DNA of 50,335 nucleotides from a virus: UHGV virus genome UHGV-1998140; one strand, 5' to 3'. Shown piece by piece: positions 47,361 to 50,335 of this stretch (position 1 is its first letter; each line of letters starts with the position of its first letter). The notes under the pieces were generated by a model. It saw only the letters and a program-made list of their open reading frames with translations, ran no database searches and was not told where the DNA came from. The position numbers and the translations under genes were made by a program.

Positions 47361-47677
47361 TGCCTGTTTTTCGAGCGGGGTGAAATTGGGGTGTTTCGTT
47401 CAGCGCAGAGGCTTACAGATACTGCCGCCGTTTCAGATAGCGAACAAGCCCCCTGCTACCGGACATACATTCGTGGCATCGCGCTCCGGGCATCTGCTGA
47501 AAGATTTTCGACATATCAAGCCGATCGTTTCCCGTCAGGATGTAAATGCAGTGACGCGCCAGTTGAGAGAATGCGCTGCACGTTGTCCAGTATCGGCAGA
47601 CCTGGCTGATGACTTCTTCTTTCTTTTTTATTTCTGTCCAGCGTCAGGCGCTACGATCGTGGCCGCCGCCGGGTTCA

Positions 47678-50335
47678 TTATTCACTCACCTTCCCCGCGT
47701 CGTATTCCTCTTCATCCGTGCGGCCGGCTGCCGGGACACCGGCGCTGAATATCTGCGCCGGCAGCCTGAAGTTGCGCAGTTTCAGCAGCGCCAGCGGACC
47801 GTCGCCCAGCTCCGTGCGCAGCAGCCACTGCAGCTGCCGCCTGTCCGGCGCGGTGACGGTCAGCCGGTACAGCCCGTCCCCCGCTTTCTGCCGCGCCATC
47901 GGCTCCAGCATCCGGATGACGCCCCACGGGCCGCTGTGGTTTGCATACAGACGGCTTCCCGCCGTCGTTGACGTCCAGGTCAGCATCGCCCCCGGTTTAT
48001 TCATCACCCCCGGCCAGCGGAAGCGCTGCCAGTCGGCCAGCTGGTTAAAATAGTGCAGCGTCTGCCCGTCAAGCGTCAGCGCTGTTTCCACCACTTCCCG
48101 CATCGCCACCCCCTGCATCTCAAAGCTGATGCCCTGGCTGCCGTCGGTGAACAGGATATCGGACAGCTGGCTGAGCTGGTTCACCGCGTTCAGGAAGGCC
48201 GGGCTGAAGGTCAGCCCCTGGCTGCGGGTGCTGTCCGCCACCCAGTCGCTGCCCTCCCGGCGCAGCACCCCGCCCAGCTCCGTACTGAGAAAACGGTCAA
48301 TACGTCCGGTATCGCGGCGGATAAACGCCGCCAGCATCGGCAGCGAAGCGTCGCTCTTCCCGGCCGCAAAGGGATAGCGCCCCTGAAACGCCGCATTCCA
48401 GTTCGCGACCACGGAGCGCTGCCACGCCTCGTTCAGGCTGGCCGCCGACGGCTGCAGTACCGCCTCCCGGGCCTGAGTCAGCGGCTGAACAAACATCGTC
48501 TGCCCGAAACCGCGCCACGCCTCACCGAGGCTGGCCGCCACCAGGGTGCCGTACTCCTGCGTGTCGGTCAGCTCCACGCTCCGGCCCCGGAACACCGTCT
48601 GCGCCAGCTGCTGCATCATCGCCTGCGGGTCGGCGGCGTTCGCCACCTGCTGAAGTTTCAGGCGCACGCGGGTGATGCGGGTGAGCCAGGTCTGTAAGCT
48701 GAGCGAGCTGTCGGCAGCCATCACCTTCTGCGCGCTGTTTTTGCCCGTCAGGGTCAGCAGCGGGCCGAAGGTGCTGTCCAGCGGGCCGCGAGGACCGGCT
48801 GCCTGCTGGTCAATGACCGGCTTTTTATCCTTACCCGGCAGATTTTTCGCCGTCCTCACCAGGAAATCAGAGAGAGCCTCCCCCTGCTCTCCGGTCTGCC
48901 CCTGCCAGGCCAGAGTGTTCATCAGCGCAATCAGCGGCGACTGGCGGACATCGCCGGTCAGGGTGAGCTGGTCGGTGACATCGGTAATGTTGTGCGCCGG
49001 ATTCAGCCGGATGCTGTTAAGGAAGTTCAGCCACGCTCCGGCAAAATCGGTAAAGTAGCGGTTCGTCAGCCGCTGTTTCAGCGCCTCCGGGGAGACATCC
49101 GTGGACACGGTGTTACGGTTGTCGCTCAGCACCCAGTCGATTTCATCGCGCCGCGAGGCCACGGCGGCGTCGATGGCGTCCTGAATCCCGCCTTCCCACG
49201 CCTGGCGGGTGAACATTCCCGGCACCACCTCGCCCGTGCTGAACAGACGGCGGGCGTCGGTCTGCGGCGTCATGTCCTCAAGCGTCATATCGGCATAGTT
49301 GCGCCGGACGGCCGTCAGCATGTTCTCATAGAGCGTGCTTTCGGCGTTGCGCTGGCCTGCCTGCTCCAGCAGCACCCTGCGCACCTGCGCCACCAGCGCC
49401 GCATCCGGCGTGATTTTCCATGACGGCTGCGCGGGCAGGCTCTGCATGTAAAAGGTGTGCAAATCCGGCGCCATCTCCTGCCACAGCGCCGGGGACAGAC
49501 CCGGACGGGACGGTTCGGCGGTTTTCATCACCTGCGCAAAAAACGCGGCGTCCGCCTTCTCCGGGTGCGCCATCATCAGGTACGCCTTCAGCTGGTCGTA
49601 GCCCCGCTTCGCCCGTTTCTCGCGCAGCGGACTGCGCGGCGGCAGGTCTGCCAGCGCGTTCAGCTGCTTTGTGAGCGCCTGCGCCGCCGCATCGCGTATC
49701 AGCCGGTTATTCGCCTGCCCGTACCACGGCATCAGGGCCGCCAGCAGCGGGGCGTTATGGTCCAGCCCGAAGCGCTGATACCAGGGCGCGCCGTGCGCCT
49801 GCTGATGCTGTAACCGTCCGATATCGTTACGCAGCGCCTGCAGCGCCATCAGCTGTTCATCATTCACCGCGGGAGAGCTCACCAGCAGCTGCGCCGCGCT
49901 GACAATATGCTGGCGGTTAACGGCGAAGGAGACCAGGCTGCCCGCCCCCCACAGGGCCATCAGCGACAGGGCGATAACCCCCGATGCGCGCTGCCAGGGC
50001 AGACCGGCCCGCACGCCCCGCGCCTGAGCGCAGTCCGCCCTCACCCCCTGCCAGACCGCCGGAGCGGACCAGCGGTGAGGATGTGGCGCCTCCCCGGCGG
50101 TCGTGTCCGGCGCCAGCGGCGGGCTGAACATCAGGCCGCGCAGCGGAACGCGCTGCAGGCGCTCCGTCAGCCAGGGCGTCAGCAGCGTACGCCAGCGGGC
50201 AATGCCGCTCCCCTCAAGCGTGCGCCCCAGGCGCAGCAGATAATCATGGGCCGGGTCGGCGCACAGCTGCTGCATTCCCCTTTCCCCCAGGGACGGCAGA
50301 ATGGCGCGGAGTTGTTGCGCCACCCCCTCCGGCGT
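47678..50335 (-). CDS. tssM: Type VI secretion TssM/IcmF-like protein, C-terminal ~880 aa (partial; start beyond window end)
   Basis: Open frame runs to the window edge; very GC-rich host-like composition; one TM helix then a large periplasmic-type domain; family from memory. Confidence 0.55.
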   Translation of the reverse strand, partial: TPEGVAQQLRAILPSLGERGMQQLCADPAHDYLLRLGRTLEGSGIARWRTLLTPWLTERLQRVPLRGLMFSPPLAPDTTAGEAPHPHRWSAPAVWQGVRADCAQARGVRAGLPWQRASGVIALSLMALWGAGSLVSFAVNRQHIVSAAQLLVSSPAVNDEQLMALQALRNDIGRLQHQQAHGAPWYQRFGLDHNAPLLAALMPWYGQANNRLIRDAAAQALTKQLNALADLPPRSPLREKRAKRGYDQLKAYLMMAHPEKADAAFFAQVMKTAEPSRPGLSPALWQEMAPDLHTFYMQSLPAQPSWKITPDAALVAQVRRVLLEQAGQRNAESTLYENMLTAVRRNYADMTLEDMTPQTDARRLFSTGEVVPGMFTRQAWEGGIQDAIDAAVASRRDEIDWVLSDNRNTVSTDVSPEALKQRLTNRYFTDFAGAWLNFLNSIRLNPAHNITDVTDQLTLTGDVRQSPLIALMNTLAWQGQTGEQGEALSDFLVRTAKNLPGKDKKPVIDQQAAGPRGPLDSTFGPLLTLTGKNSAQKVMAADSSLSLQTWLTRITRVRLKLQQVANAADPQAMMQQLAQTVFRGRSVELTDTQEYGTLVAASLGEAWRGFGQTMFVQPLTQAREAVLQPSAASLNEAWQRSVVANWNAAFQGRYPFAAGKSDASLPMLAAFIRRDTGRIDRFLSTELGGVLRREGSDWVADSTRSQGLTFSPAFLNAVNQLSQLSDILFTDGSQGISFEMQGVAMREVVETALTLDGQTLHYFNQLADWQRFRWPGVMNKPGAMLTWTSTTAGSRLYANHSGPWGVIRMLEPMARQKAGDGLYRLTVTAPDRRQLQWLLRTELGDGPLALLKLRNFRLPAQIFSAGVPAAGRTDEEEYDAGKVSE

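Noticed and set aside
47139-50300. Plus-strand ORFs in the host flank (47139-47609, 47609-47971, 48053-48697, 48992-49423 and others)
   Set aside because: Very GC-rich region where antisense frames stay open by chance; they overlap the long minus-strand tssM-like frame.
1-50335. CRISPR arrays, rRNA genes, IS elements or transposases
   Set aside because: No regularly spaced direct repeats with unique spacers, no rRNA-like sequence and no transposase-like ORF or terminal inverted repeats with target duplications were seen.

Overview
This window is almost entirely the right-hand ~47 kb of a lambdoid (HK97-type head, lambda-type tail) siphovirus prophage in an enterobacterial chromosome. All calls are from reading the sequence and ORF track by eye; no searches were run, and family names rest on remembered motifs. 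Gene order from left to right: a giant J-like tail fibre gene (minus strand, runs off the window start), tail assembly and tape-measure genes with a G/G-T frameshift, HK97-type head genes, terminase with an HNH partner, a low-GC moron island, a lysis cassette, HicAB, three DNA methyltransferases, Q, replication and Rha genes, the cro/cI switch, an early-left operon, xis-int, and a two-gene cargo operon. The prophage ends at 47273-47318 in a 46-nt 3' fragment of tRNA-Pro (attachment core), followed by host DNA carrying the 3' end of a T6SS tssM-like gene. The most interesting unexplained loci are: (1) the two-gene cargo operon between int and the att core (45694-46882); (2) two paralogous structured elements with compensatory stem changes in the moron island (25810-25941 and 27111-27241); (3) a ~0.75 kb GC-rich, apparently non-coding structured region where an N/nutL module would be expected (40650-41375). 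The J-like reading frame was inferred from absence of closed ORFs in that frame plus by-eye translation, since it is missing from the ORF track.
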